A stretch of 64,000 nt of DNA from Amphiscolops sp. MND2022. Lineage: Eukaryota. The stretch is from assembly GCA_964187785.1 (NCBI GenBank), contig OZ076419.1:23560001-23624000 (forward strand), written 5' to 3'. A program made the position numbers and the translations under genes. Shown here piece after piece: positions 24,169-36,409 of this stretch. The notes beneath the pieces were generated by a model. It was not told the origin of the DNA and made no database searches. It worked only from the letters and a program-made list of their open reading frames with translations. Numbering within the stretch: the first letter of the stretch is position 1; every line of letters starts with the position of its first letter.

Positions 24169-25200
24169 CAGTCACTAGAAAAGAAATCGTGACAAAGAAG
24201 TTTTTGTAGATATAATAAAAAGGTTAGCGCTAAAGACTTTTTAGAAGCTGATGAAATAAACAAAAAGAAAGTCAATCTTTAGAGGGATAGCCCCGATGTT
24301 TGAGAACGGCCCGAATCCGTCTCGGGATGGATTGGAATAACTTTTGAATGTAGCTGTTCGAAATGGAACAAAAGTCTTTTCACAAAAAACTCAACAAATC
24401 GTTCAAACTTGTAAATTTCTCGCCCTCCCGCTTGTCACCGAGCATCTTCCGTACGTTTTCAATGACATTCAGGTCGGGTGGCCAGTCGTTAACTACCATT
24501 ATGCCATTTTCTTCCAAAAATGACATTGTTGAAGCAGCTTTATGAGGAGGCGCCTTGTCTTGGAGCAGCAAGAAGTCTTCGTCCCAAATTGGTAACAAAT
24601 TGCCGTTGAGCAGTGCTTGGTACGCTGGTTCATCTCAAGAATTGCAGATTGTAACGAGAATTCGGAACCCGGAGACCAAATTGCACCAGATCATCAACTT
24701 TGAGCTCCTAGTTTTGGTACTTCTGGCTACGTACTGTGGGCGATGACTAAAATCAGCGGGTCCTTTCGGTCGCCAAACAAACTCCTACCGTCCAGGATCC
24801 AGCTCAAAAGTTGATTCGTCGGTTGCGACCCATTTTGAAAGTTCTGTGGGCAGGTTATTTAACATCCGCCTACACCACTTTTTTCATTTTTAAAAAGGCG
24901 GTGTCTTGCGGTAACCCTGAAATTCTTTGGAGCTACGCGTCTGTTCAAGACATATTTATTCAGAACTTTTCGTACGCCATTAACTGTATACAGACGACTA
25001 CCTGTCCGATCATTTTTCAATTGTCGGGATGAAATACGGATGCAAATTGTTGCCATTCCTAACAAATTTCGAATCGATTTCTCATCAGCTTTGTGTCGTC
25101 TCCCTGTACGTGGATTAGGCCCTATGCTGCCAGTTTTTTTGAGATTGACAATGAGTCGATTAACAGAATTCTTGCTGGTGTCTGTCAAAACTGCATTTTT
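24169..25200 (-). pseudogene. Tc1/mariner (Tc1-type DDE) transposase pseudogene
   Basis: Minus-strand motifs: HTH-like region (24859-25188), VATDESTFEL, FVWRPKG, LMIWC, LLLQDKAPPH, DWPPDLNVIEN and IPRRIRAVLKHRGYP. Stops and frameshifts are present. TA|CAGTCACTAG at 24167-69 looks like a Tc1 TIR end; the partner TIR was not found. Confidence 0.85.
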
Positions 25201-25859
25201 TCACTATGTTTTGCCTCGTTGAAAAAACGAAGAATAAATTTTCGAACAGAATACGTAGTATGAGGAGCCATGAAAATTTACTCGAAACGAAGTAATAAAC
25301 TGTCTTTTTTGAGATCAACGAGTGACAAAAATGATATCTGAACATTTGGACAGTTCAGATTTCGACTGGTTGCTAAATTAATTTCATTTTCAATTAATTT
25401 TGTTCGCGCGTCGTGGTTCATTGTTTGTCTCGATTTCAATTCTGATGACTGTATAGAAGAGGAAAGAAATGAAATGGAGATGGTTGAAAATTCAATCGCA
25501 TGCGATTGTTTTTTTGTTGGGAAACGGCGAAAATGTGGTTTGTGTTCTGAGGGTGTGGAAAATAAAGTATGGATTACAGAGATACGAAGTGAACAAGTGG
25601 AGAATAACAAGGTTTAATGTTGGTTGTCGCGACCTCAAAAAGACACTAGGTATCCAAGTGAGTTTTTGAATGAGTGATTTGTTATGATTGAAATATCTTA
25701 AATATGGTGATAATAAAAGGTAGAGTTTAGCTAATTGTTGAAATAAGAATGAGGAACTAATGGAAATATTGTATCCTCAACGTGGGCTTTTAGGTACAAA
25801 GATGTGGTTGGTTCATCAGGAAAGTCAGACATATGTGAAAATATTGATTTGAAGTATGT

Positions 25860-28238
25860 TGTTGCGACTACTACACGGGTCGTCGCTTTGGGTTGGATTT
25901 ATTTTAACTTATCTTGTAGGGGTGCAAAAACTCCTAGTTACATTTTCCGTTTCTTCGTCGATGTTTTCTCTCATGTTTTCTCCTGTTTTAGGTTTCAACA
26001 GTTTCAACATTTCTTTTTGGGGTTCAACAAGAAGATTCTTGATTTCGGATGTGATTTCCTCTTTCAAGGAAACTCTCAAACTTTCCAAGAAGCTACTTTC
26101 AATCCTGGGAGATTTTGGTTTAAAAGGTCCCGCAACAACTACGTCTTGATCTAAGGGACAAAAATTTTCCATTACTACTGGCGAAACAAAACCTTCACTA
26201 ACGATTTCAGTGCTCTCCTGTTGGTTGTTCCTCCTCTTTTGACATCTTGTAGTCGACATTTTTAGATAAAGAGAGTTTGATTTGGAGAATTCAATTCATC
26301 TTTGCGATGTATTTTTAACAAAGTTGAAGAAATAGACTGAGACAAATGAATTATAGCGCAACTGATTTTTACAAGTGCAAAAGGACTGAGTCCCTCAATT
26401 ATTTATAACCATCATATATATACACACCTAGCATCATTTGATCACGAACAAATCCCTAATTTACTTCGAACAATTAGTCATTTCCTGTACTTTTGGTGAA
26501 AAAATCATTACGATCCCAAATCTGCGTCTACATTTCGTCAAATTTTAGGACACGGCAATTCTAATTTAGCCTTAGTCATCAGATATGGTCACATCATTTC
26601 ATTCCGGCGTCCTTTTGTTTCCTCCCAGGCAGGAAGTAGATATTACTTCAGTCTGTCAAACAGGAAATGATTCCTTGTTTTACTGCTTTGGTTCGCGGGA
26701 AATTGACGCTGAGATGACGCTGACGTGAACAACTAATACCTGATTTTGAATTTCAGCTTGACTAAAATGTGATGACTAATTTACGAATTACGACTATTTG
26801 GACGATGCTAGGAAGATATTCAAACAAATGGAAACGATGAACATTTGATTAAAATCCAAAGGTTAACATTTATGAACATTAACGCATAAGTTAACAGCAC
26901 ATCACAATTCTAGCTTGACGCAACAATTGCGACAAAATTCCAAAATTAACAAAGCGCTTCATTTTCATTAACAACCTTTTGGTATTAATGATATAGTTAA
27001 TTTAGGAGTTAGCAACGATAAACTTTCGTGGAAAACATTATCACAGGTACAGTTATGGGACATGAGTTTCGGGTATCAAGTGTGAAAGTATAAATGTACA
27101 ACAATACTATTCTAGTACAAAAAATACGCAATCCGTTTCATTTATGGATATTAACTGTGACCTTCATCTATACATTCACGAAAATTTCATTTTGGTTAAA
27201 TTTTAAGGCTATTTTTTAAAGATATTGGCATTTTGTCTGACGGGAGGTTGACCCATGTTTCAAATACTGTTTTCACTCTTCTAGTCAGGTTGATTGAGCC
27301 CTGAACATACCCTCTGAACCAGGTTCATCAGCACAATTTCTTTTTCAGCAGTTTAGAGGGTATTAGAAAAGCTATTTCGGTGAAGTTACTGCGTAGTCTT
27401 GGCGAGTTTTCCTAATTAGTTTGACGGATTTACTTGATTTATCTGATTTCATAAACTTGTCAGCGTCACGTTGACGAGTTTTCTTGGCGGAACTGATATT
27501 TTGACTATATTGACGCGGTGCTGACGAGTATTTTCGAAATGAGTTTCTAGCTAGCTGCTAGTGCTGTGACGTCAAACTGGCGGAAAATTGGGATGATTTC
27601 TAGTAAGGACATTAAAACAGGCGGATAATCGGAATGTTTTTCTGGTATGCATAGACGAAGCGGTGGCGTCACTTGGTATATTTTCAAAGCTTGTCTACGT
27701 CCTATTGACGACAACTGTACATGTATGCTTATTCTCACCGCTCCCTTGTTTACTTGGCACATCATTGTCGCTCTAAATCATTCTAAATGCTGTTCAAACG
27801 CAATTAACTAGCCTTATTTTGACGAGGCGTAATTTCCTAACATGTATTTCAAAGTGGTTTTTATTTTAGATCTGGATGCGCTCCCTTTTTAGAGATAATT
27901 TTGTATCTGTTTTTCATTCTAGATTAGTCTAAGATTTCGGTCTAAAGACGCAGTTTTAGTTTGATTTTCAGGTACCGGATGTTCTTATTTTGACGTGACA
28001 AAAACGTCCTACCGGAAATTCGTGAAATCATTTTGACTTAATTAGTTTCTTATTCTCGCTTCTATTTGCGAGTTGCGTATGATAGTCGTACGTTTTGTAT
28101 CTCTAGTCACAGTTTATTTTAAGTTATTTTCAAGTTTACCAGATAAAATACGGTTTGAAAATCTCAAATTACCTCCGTGGCCTTTTTCGATTCTCGGTCC
28201 TTGACAACCACATGCCAGACCGGGAGCGGGCTGTAACA
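25860..28238 (-). repeat. 3' LTR (2379 bp) containing a gag N-terminal ORF (25909-26259)
   Basis: Long direct repeat of 32229-34425. Plus-strand ends TGTTGCGACT..GCTGTAACA. Confidence 0.9.
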
Positions 28239-28878
28239 GGGCCGCTCTTATCGGGAAGTTGGCTCTGCCCGGGATTCGTAGTTGAGAGACGAGTATCGGA
28301 GTAGTAGCGGCTTTGTTTTCTCTCTTCTCCAGATCGTTCAGAGGGCTCACTGGTCGTACATCCACTTTCTTCAGCGTTCCAGGAGGAGTGACAAAGTAGG
28401 AGCTTGCGTCGTCTTCTCTTACTTGTTCCAGAAAATCTGCACTATAACTGCACTTGTTACTGATTGTGTACTGGCAGGTATATTACTTTCTACTATGAAT
28501 ACCCCTGAATTGTCATCTGTTTCACGTTCGCCACTATTTTCTAGTACATCAGGGCTTTCTGGGTTCTCTATTATTGCGCTGTGTGTGGTAATCTTTTGGG
28601 CTTAAAGATTCAAGACTCGAATCGAGTCTCATTCGTTTGCAGTTGGATTCCAACGAATCAGCAGAGATTTCAAATTATTCCTCCTCATCAACTAAAGCTC
28701 CGGTTGAGAAATGGGATACTTCTAGTACAATCCTGTAGTTTTCTTGATAATTCCTTGAGACAGTGGTAGACGTCATCTCCCTTTCTGTCATAACTTCTGT
28801 TTCTTCTTCTTCTTCTTCTTCTTCTTCTTCGGCAGAGGAGTTGTCCATGAGTTCATAAACATCTCTGATGTTGCTCAT
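28114..28878 (-). pseudogene. Acidic accessory sense ORF (poly-Glu N-terminus), broken by stops and frameshifts, reading into the 3' LTR
   Basis: ORF pieces 28675-28878 (MSNIRDVYELMDNSSAEEEEEEEEE, a (GAA)n run) and 28114-28365, which crosses the LTR edge at 28238 (..RAA|LLQPAPGLACGC). Same position as ORF 40679-41707 in the giant element. Confidence 0.55.
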
Positions 28879-29262
28879 TTTGTCGTCCTGCTGTCGCTTG
28901 TAATCTGATAGTTTGACAATGATTTTTAGGATTAATAAGGATTAGGGAGAATGGTAGGATAAATCCCTCCATTCTGATTGGTTTGTCAATCGTTTCAATC
29001 CTTTTTGAATCCTGAGTGTTGGCGTTATGCCAACGTCGGGTTTATATTGGCTGCAAAATGAATTAACCAAACTTGTCAACGTTACGTGACGTCAATTTCG
29101 TTGGTTTTAACTAACTTTATATTTGGCACCGTTTTGATGACGTCATTTTAGATTATAGGATTAATATTTTGATCCTGATAACCTTCTTGTCGACGTTATG
29201 CCGACGTCAATTTCGTTTGTTGTTTTCATCTTCGGTTTTGTTTTCAGATTTCTGCTATTTGA

Positions 29263-32190
29263 ATGGATCGAGAATCTCTTCCCCTCCGACGTGACACCGG
29301 CACTCAGAGTGGGAATGATACCCAATACCTCTTCTCTGAGGGAGACATTTACCCCAGTGATGCTGATATTGACTGTCAGCAAGCAACAGGTGAGTCTGTT
29401 ATCCCCTTTCTTTTAAGCTTTTGTGTATAATACTTCAAACAGATAGGCCTTTTCTGAGTCCAGTATTTCCACAGCTTAGATTGTCTGACACGTCATTACT
29501 GGAAGGTTTTATTTTTTTGCTAGATCCGGCATTTTATTCTCCTTTGGCTGAGGCTTTTGTCTCTGGTCTCAAGGCTTCTCTCCCTGGTGACCTTTCTGGC
29601 ATCACTATTGAACCGCTTGCCGATTCAACACACCGAGCTGCTGAAGTTCTAGATGAGAATTCTTCTCTGGTTATTCCTGTTTTACCTTCTTCTTGTTCTG
29701 GCGATTCAGGCGTTCCTCTGGCTGTTATCGCAAAAATTGCTAAGCAACCTCTCACTGTGGACACTCACGGATGTGAGGGGTCATCCCCCCCTCGTCAAAA
29801 TTCTGGAGGCAGTCAGGAAACTGGTTCTCCCCGCTTTTCGTCGTTCCTGCTCCAGGGCTTGTCAATGGGCTGTGATGGAGCTGTGTCGTCAAAGAATGAG
29901 CATAGTAAGTTGTTTTTGCTATTGCTGCCAATTTTTTCTCTTGATGTTCAGGTGGTTGGGAGGGGGTGCTGTTATGGTTGTCATAATTATAGTAGGAAAG
30001 GAATTTCCTCTGTTGTAGTGCAACTGGTGATTCCTGGTGAAGGTGGGTCGGAAGAGCAATCAACGTCAAAACAGCTTTCAGCGTCTACATCAAAAGCCGC
30101 TGCAACAGCTGTTCGATTAGATTCGGCGGACATTGATGATGAGTGTGACGTTGATGCCACGTTGCCTGGTACCTCAGCACAATCAGTCGGAGTGCTAGGG
30201 GCTGCAGTTTCAGATGCAGCGACGAGCCATACTTTGGATCCGTTTGCCGCTCGTAAGTAGAATTCACTTTGGTTTCATGTTGTGTGTTTGTTTTTGACTT
30301 TGGTCTTCTTTTCTGTTTTTATATTTTTCTTCCTTTGTTTTTTCCGATGGGTTTTGAACGTGCGTCTGATTTTGATGTGTGCTTGGTGTAGGGTTTGAGG
30401 AGTTAATCAGCAGGATGGAGCCGACTCTGGAAGGTGTTGATCGAAGTCGCAAGCGAGATTACAGCCCGCGTCATCGTCTCCGGCGAGATATGGTCACTGT
30501 GAACCCTATCTTTGAACTCTTCGTCAGCGTTTCGATTACTGGTTGCAACAAATTGTTTCACTGCATGAATTGTCAGCGAGACGTTTCTATGGAGTCACGA
30601 GGTGCGGCCGAGTTTAGCCGTCATTTCTTTGGGAAGCGGCACTGGCAACTTGATGTCACCTATTGGGTTGCCTGTGTATAATCGCTTAAAGGATCCGATG
30701 GTTTTGAGCGAAAGTCAGTTGGAGGAGTATCGGAACCGCCCGAGCAAAGGGAAAAACGAAGGGTTCTGTTTCCCTGAGGACTTACTTCCCGCCTGTGTGC
30801 AGGTGAAGTCAAGTGTGCCTCTGATGTCAATGGTCAAATGTTTGATCGCGTTGTTGCGGTTTGGAGGCTGTACACCCTGTTGCGGAATTTGTGGGGGTGT
30901 TTTCTGCGCTATGCTTGGCCTTGCGAACCCGTTATACAATGTGCACTGGAGTCGTGCCGAATCCTTGGTTTGTATTTCGTTGTTTGTTGTTTTATATTTC
31001 ATCATCTAGCGAGTGGGGGAGGGTGTGACATGGGGTTGTTTATACTTTGGTGTGGGTTTTATGTAGGAATTTGTTGTTATATTTTAGTCGCTGATCTGTC
31101 GTGCCCTTTTCTCACGTGTATTGCGTGCTCTCTTTGCCCGAATCGCTGTTTTCCAAGAATACAGTGTGTTCTTCGTAGAGACTGGAGGACGTCACAAATA
31201 CTCTGTCCAGGCATTTGATGATCACATTTGTGTGAGGATTGAGGCACCAGGGCAACGTGTTCCGGAAGCAGAATTGGCTGGATTGTCGCGGGTCATCGAT
31301 AGTACTTTTTCATGCCAGATGCCGTTGTCGTGCCAGGGCTGTAGTCCAATTTTGTTGCGAGTACTCAGTGACAACCGTGTGGATGGTCGTGAATGTCTTG
31401 TGTACCGGGAGCTCAGTGTGGACGTGTTCCTTCATTGTTGCCAACTTGCTCATCAGGAGGATTTCGGTGGTTTAGAGACTACCACGATGATTGACTACCT
31501 CATGCTCCGATTACGTGGTGCTGTACAGGAGTCTTGGTGTGAGGGTGTGCCATGTCTTCGATGGTGTATTGTCGCTGGGCGAGTCGAGTTTGCTGATTTG
31601 CGAGGGGTGGTGACCGATCTGATTGCTGTGGGTCGTCAGTCCAGGATTTTGTTAGACATATTGGTCCCCGACATTTCAAGACTGGGACTGGCTGGGTAAT
31701 AAATTTTTCGTTTTCCTTTTCCCTATATGTTGTTTCTCAGATATAGTTGGAGTTTCTTCGTACGATTGTCGTCATCTGTGTAAGTGTGTCCTGATTGCCG
31801 AAAATTCTGATTGTGTTCTGCAGATGCGCGGTAGCGACTGGCATGTTTGTTCAGAGGCTACTGGAGAGTTGCACCTGGGTCTTCTTCTGCATATACTCGA
31901 ACTTCGTAAGTACAGCTCTGGTGTATTGGGGTGTTTGCGGGGTGCGGCTGTTGTATATTGGCCTCCATGTATGTTGTCTGAGAGGGAAAAGGACAGGTAT
32001 TTCGCAATGAATGTGAGCTGGTATGTTGTGTTTTAGACTATTGTTCGTTCAAGGAGCATTTGACAGGGCGCAATGACTACGGCTTCCATGACTACATGGA
32101 GGTATGCCAGTTTGTTTACTGTTTGTTGTCACGCAGTCGCAAGCTTGGTTCCCTCCCGTGTCTGGCTTCATGAGAAGATTATATGGACTA
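29263..32190 (+). pseudogene. Antisense multi-exon zinc-finger gene (hAT-transposase-like), homolog of 43098-47668, truncated at the PBS
   Basis: Predicted exons 29263-29389, 29524-30252, 30392-30967 and 31088-about 31695, joined by GT..AG introns (29390-29523, 30253-30391, 30968-31087) that keep the frame. Contains CMNC-x16-H-x5-H and TMIDYLMLRLRGAVQESW. There are two frameshifts in exon 3. Confidence 0.7.
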
Positions 32191-32216
32191 CCTGAAACTG
32201 GATAACTTTGAGTGTA

Positions 32217-32228
32217 TTGCTGTCACCA
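32217..32228 (-). other. Primer-binding site TGGTGACAGCAA
   Basis: Immediately follows the CA end of the 5' LTR on the minus strand. Its first 9 nt are shared with the PBS at 53821-53835. Confidence 0.75.
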
Positions 32229-34425
32229 TGTTACGACTACTACACGGGTCGTCGTTTTGGGTTGGATTTATTCTAACTGATCTTGTAGGGGTGTAAAAAC
32301 TAGTTTCATTTTCCTTTTCTTCGTCGCTTTTTTTTCTTATGCTTTCTGCTGTTTTAGGTTTCAACAGTTTCATCATTTCTTTCTGGGATTCAACAAAAAA
32401 ATTCTTGATTTGGGAGGTGATTTCCTCTTTCAAGGAATCTCTCAAACTTTCCAAGAAGCTACTACTGGCGACACAAAACCTTCACTAACGCTTTCAGTGC
32501 TCTCCTGTTGGTTGTTCCTTCTCTTTTGACTTCTTGTAGTCGACATTTTTAGATGAAGAGAGTTTGATTTGAAGAATTCAATTCATCTTTGCGATGTATT
32601 TTCAACAAAGTTGAAGAAATAGACTGAGACAAGTGAATTATAGCGCAACTGATTTTTACAAGTGCAAAAGGACTGAATCCCTCAATTATTCATAACCATC
32701 ATATATAAACACTCCTAGCATCATTTGATCACGAACAACTCTTTAATTTCCTTCGAACAATTAGTCATTTCCTGTATTTTTGGTGAAAAAATCATTACGA
32801 TGCCAAATTCGCGTCGACATTTTGTCAAATTTTAGGACACGGCAATTCTAAATTAGCATTAGTCATCAAATATGGTCCCATCATTTCATTCCGGCGTCCT
32901 TTTGTTTCCTCCCAAGCAGGAAGTAGATATTACTTCAGTCTGTCAAACCGGAAAAGATTCCCTGTTTTACTGCCTCGGTTCGCGGGAAATTGACGCTAAG
33001 ATGACGCTGACGTGAACAACTAATACCTGATTTTGATTTTCAACTTGACTAAAATGTGATGACTTATTTCCGAATTACGATTATTTGAACGAAGCTAGGA
33101 ATATATTCAAACAACTGGAAACGATGAACATTTGATTAAATACCAAAGTTTAATTTTTATGAACATTAACGCAGAAATTAACATCACATCACATTTCTAG
33201 CTTGACGCGACAATTGCGACAAGCTTCCAAAATTAACAAAGCGCTTCATTTTTATTAACAACCATTTGGTAATAATAATATAGTTAATTTAAAAATTAGC
33301 AGCGATAAACTTTCGTGGAAAACTTTATCACAGCTACAGTTATGGGACATATGTTTGGGGAATCAAGTATGAAAGTATAAATGTACAAAACTACATTTCT
33401 AGCACAAAATATACCCAATCCGTTTCATTTATGGATGTAAGCTGTGACCTTCATCTATACATTCACGAAAATTTCATTTTGGTTAAATTTTAAGGCTATT
33501 TCAAGTTATTGGCAATTTCTCTGACGGGAGGTTGACGTATGTTTTAAATACTATTTTCACTCTTCTAGTTAGGTTGATTGTGCCCTAAACATACCCTCTG
33601 AACCAAGTTCATCAGCACAATATCTATTTCAGCAATTTAGAGGGATTAGAATAGCTATTTCGGTGAATTTACTGCGTAGTCTTGGCGAGTTTTCCAAATT
33701 AGTTTGACGGATTTACTTGATTTATCTGATTCCATAAACTTGTCAACGTCACGTTGACGAGTTTTCTTGGCAGAACTGAGATTTTGACTAGTTTGACGCG
33801 GTGCTGACGAGTCTTTTAGATTGCCAGTGCTGTGACGTCATACTGGCGGAAAATTGGAATCATTTCTAGTAAGGCCATTAATACAGGCGGATAATCGGAA
33901 TGATTTTCTGGTATGGTTATTCTCACCGCTCCCCTTGTTTACTTAGCATAAAATTGTCAATCTAAATCATTCTAATTGCTTTTCAAGGGCAATTAATTAG
34001 CCTTATTTTGACGAGACGTAATTTCCCAACATGTATTTCAAAGTGGTTTTCATTTTAGATCTAGATGCGCTCTCTTTTTAGAGATAATTTAGTATCTGCT
34101 TTTCATTTTAGATTAGTCTATGATTTCGGTCTTAAGACGCAGTTTTGGTTTGACTTTCAGGTACCGGATTTTCTAATTTTGACGTGACAAAAACGTCCTG
34201 CCGGAATTTCGTGAAATCATTATGACTTAATTATTTCTTATTCTCATTTCTATTTGGGATTTGCGTATGATAGTCGTACGTTTTGTATCTCTAGTTAGTT
34301 TATTTTAAGTTAGTTTCAAGTTTACCAGTTAAATTACGACTTTGGAAATCTCAAATTACTTCCGTGGCCTCTTCCGATTCTCGGTCGTCGACAACCACAT
34401 GCCAGACCTGGAACGGGCTGTGACA
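32229..34425 (-). repeat. 5' LTR (2197 bp)
   Basis: Direct repeat of 25860-28238 with substitutions and indels, including a deletion of about 87 bp in the LTR-encoded gag segment near 32460. Confidence 0.9.
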
Positions 34426-36066
34426 TATGTTTTTTCGATACTCGAAGTGCGTACATGTGAAAGCAAAAGGTATAACATGTTTCCTTTTTGCCGAAGACTA
34501 AGTCAGTTGTGAGTGTTTAAGTGTAAAAGACATAGCTTCGATGTCAAGGGATTCGAAGATGTATCAACCTATCGCATCTAACGTTAGCAACTGCCGTAGG
34601 GGTTATTAAAGTACAGTATTGCCACGTATCGGAGTATGACATGTTACGCTTATGTTACCTATTATAGATACTTCTGCTATATTAACAACAGTGACTATTT
34701 TGTTGTCACCTGATGTCTCCAGGGCATCCTAAAATTTTGAGACGAGGGAATGTTTAGAACTGAGATGAATGCGGCTCTGTCACGAAGAGAAAACCAAATT
34801 GAAGGAGTGATTGCGTTCTTTTGGTAATTTCAAATGTACTTTTTAATTTCAAATGAATTGGGATTTTGTTGAAAGAGAGTTTGCTTTGTTGCATTGCTCG
34901 TGAGTTGATAACAGTAATCTGATGTTGATCTTGTTATCACCATATGAGAATAGTTACCATTCGATCTTTTGAGATTGAGAACAGCGATGGAGTGCCTTTC
35001 GATATGCTGAGCAGATAGAATATGATGTCATGTTTATGATAATACGATTTGGAGGTTACTCAATGATGTGAAGGATATACAAGAGGTAGGTCTTGGCGCT
35101 TGTTTTTTTTGTTAGCTTCAGAAACAGACATGTCAACATGTGATTGGAAGAGAAGGGATGATTCAAATGAGCTAGAGAGATATGTATAACTCTTCTGTTG
35201 TTAGCAATTTTTATTTTCCGACCCCACATTTTACAAATCGGGCAGGAAAATCATGATCTGTGATGTGTTTTGTTTCCAAATTTTTGCCAAAACTCCATTA
35301 CGATACATATCCCCGCAAGCAAGTTCCCAGATCTTGCGACTAGTTGCATTAATAAACAATCACAGTGAGTTGTTATTATGAATACAGTTGTACACTTTTC
35401 TCATATTACACCAAGTGATAATTAGTTACACTGAATGACTAAAATTCACTAATTAGTTAAAGTCTTCTAATCAGTGAGCAATTAGTTCAAGTCATTAAAC
35501 TCTAAATTGACTTAATTAGTTAGTTACACTAAATGACTAGAGTTCTTTTGCAGGCATGTGTCATCCAATGTAAACTTTGGTGTATGTAAGTATGTATTAA
35601 TGTACGTATGCGGTAATTGTTTAATCGCGTAGTTCAGTCAAAGTTATTGTGTAACTTAGTCAAAGTAACTAAACACCAAGCAACTCTTCAATGTAAATTT
35701 ATGTGTTTGAAGTAATTATTAGATTGCCGTAAACTAGTCAAACTTTGACTAATTTACACTTTTCGGTAGTTTTAATAAATGAATCTTCATTAAAAGTGAA
35801 ATTTAATCAAACTTTGACTAACTTACACCTTATTAAATTAGCTTGTAAATTTCGACTGTTTTACACCATTTACTAACTACGCATTTTGACTGGAACTCAC
35901 CGCGTTCATATTTCACTTTGCTGCACCACTGCACTAATGGATTACTACAGTCTTTGACAAATTTACAGAAATTGACTATTTTACCCAATATACTATTTAC
36001 ACCAAGTGATCACTTTCCACTTTTGCGGGACATGTATCGTAATGTCCACCTTATTGTTACTCCACT

Positions 36067-36380
36067 TACTCAGCCTCCCTACTCAGCCTCCCTACTCAGC
36101 CTCCCTACTCAGCCTCCTTACTCAGCCTCCCTACTCTGCCTCCCTACTCTGCCTCCCTACTGAGAGGAGAAAATAATATCTAAAGTAAAAATGGGAATAA
36201 GATCTAAAGGGAGTAAGATCTAAAATTGCAGGACGGGAATAAGATCTATAGGAAATAAGATCTAAAATCACTAAATTTTAGATATTTTTTAGATCCTATT
36301 CTCCTCCCAAAATAGCTATGGCTCAGTTGGTGATAGCGAAAAGGGAGGAAAATATCCCGGTGCTTAGCGGGCGTCTTGTT
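36067..36380 (+). repeat. 13-bp minisatellite (TACTCAGCCTCCC x7, 36067-36161), repeated AATAAGATCTAA motifs and a HINE-like hairpin terminus
   Basis: Direct reading. The terminus CCCGGTGCTTAGCGGGCGTCTTGTT is shared with about 22800. The AATAAGATCTAA motifs also occur at 14524-14556. Confidence 0.6.
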
Positions 36381-36409
36381 TCTCGTCACGAGTAAAGTTG
36401 TCACCACCT

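Larger units (their letters stand above)
25860..34425 (-). mobile_element. Internally deleted, non-autonomous Gypsy-type LTR element (8.57 kb) that retains accessory genes
   Basis: Two LTRs (25860-28238 and 32229-34425) with TG..CA ends. 5-bp TSD TATGT at 25855-59 and 34426-30. PBS next to the 5' LTR. No RT or IN in the internal 4 kb. Confidence 0.92.

Noticed and set aside
34430-35250. Host pseudogene interrupted by the 25860-34425 element (joined with 25280-25859)
   Set aside because: The DNA looks coding-like but no frame stays open and no family motif could be recognised.
36315-36345. tRNA gene (TGGCTCAGTTGG)
   Set aside because: A-box-like only, with no T-arm/B-box or acceptor stem; it is part of a repeat.
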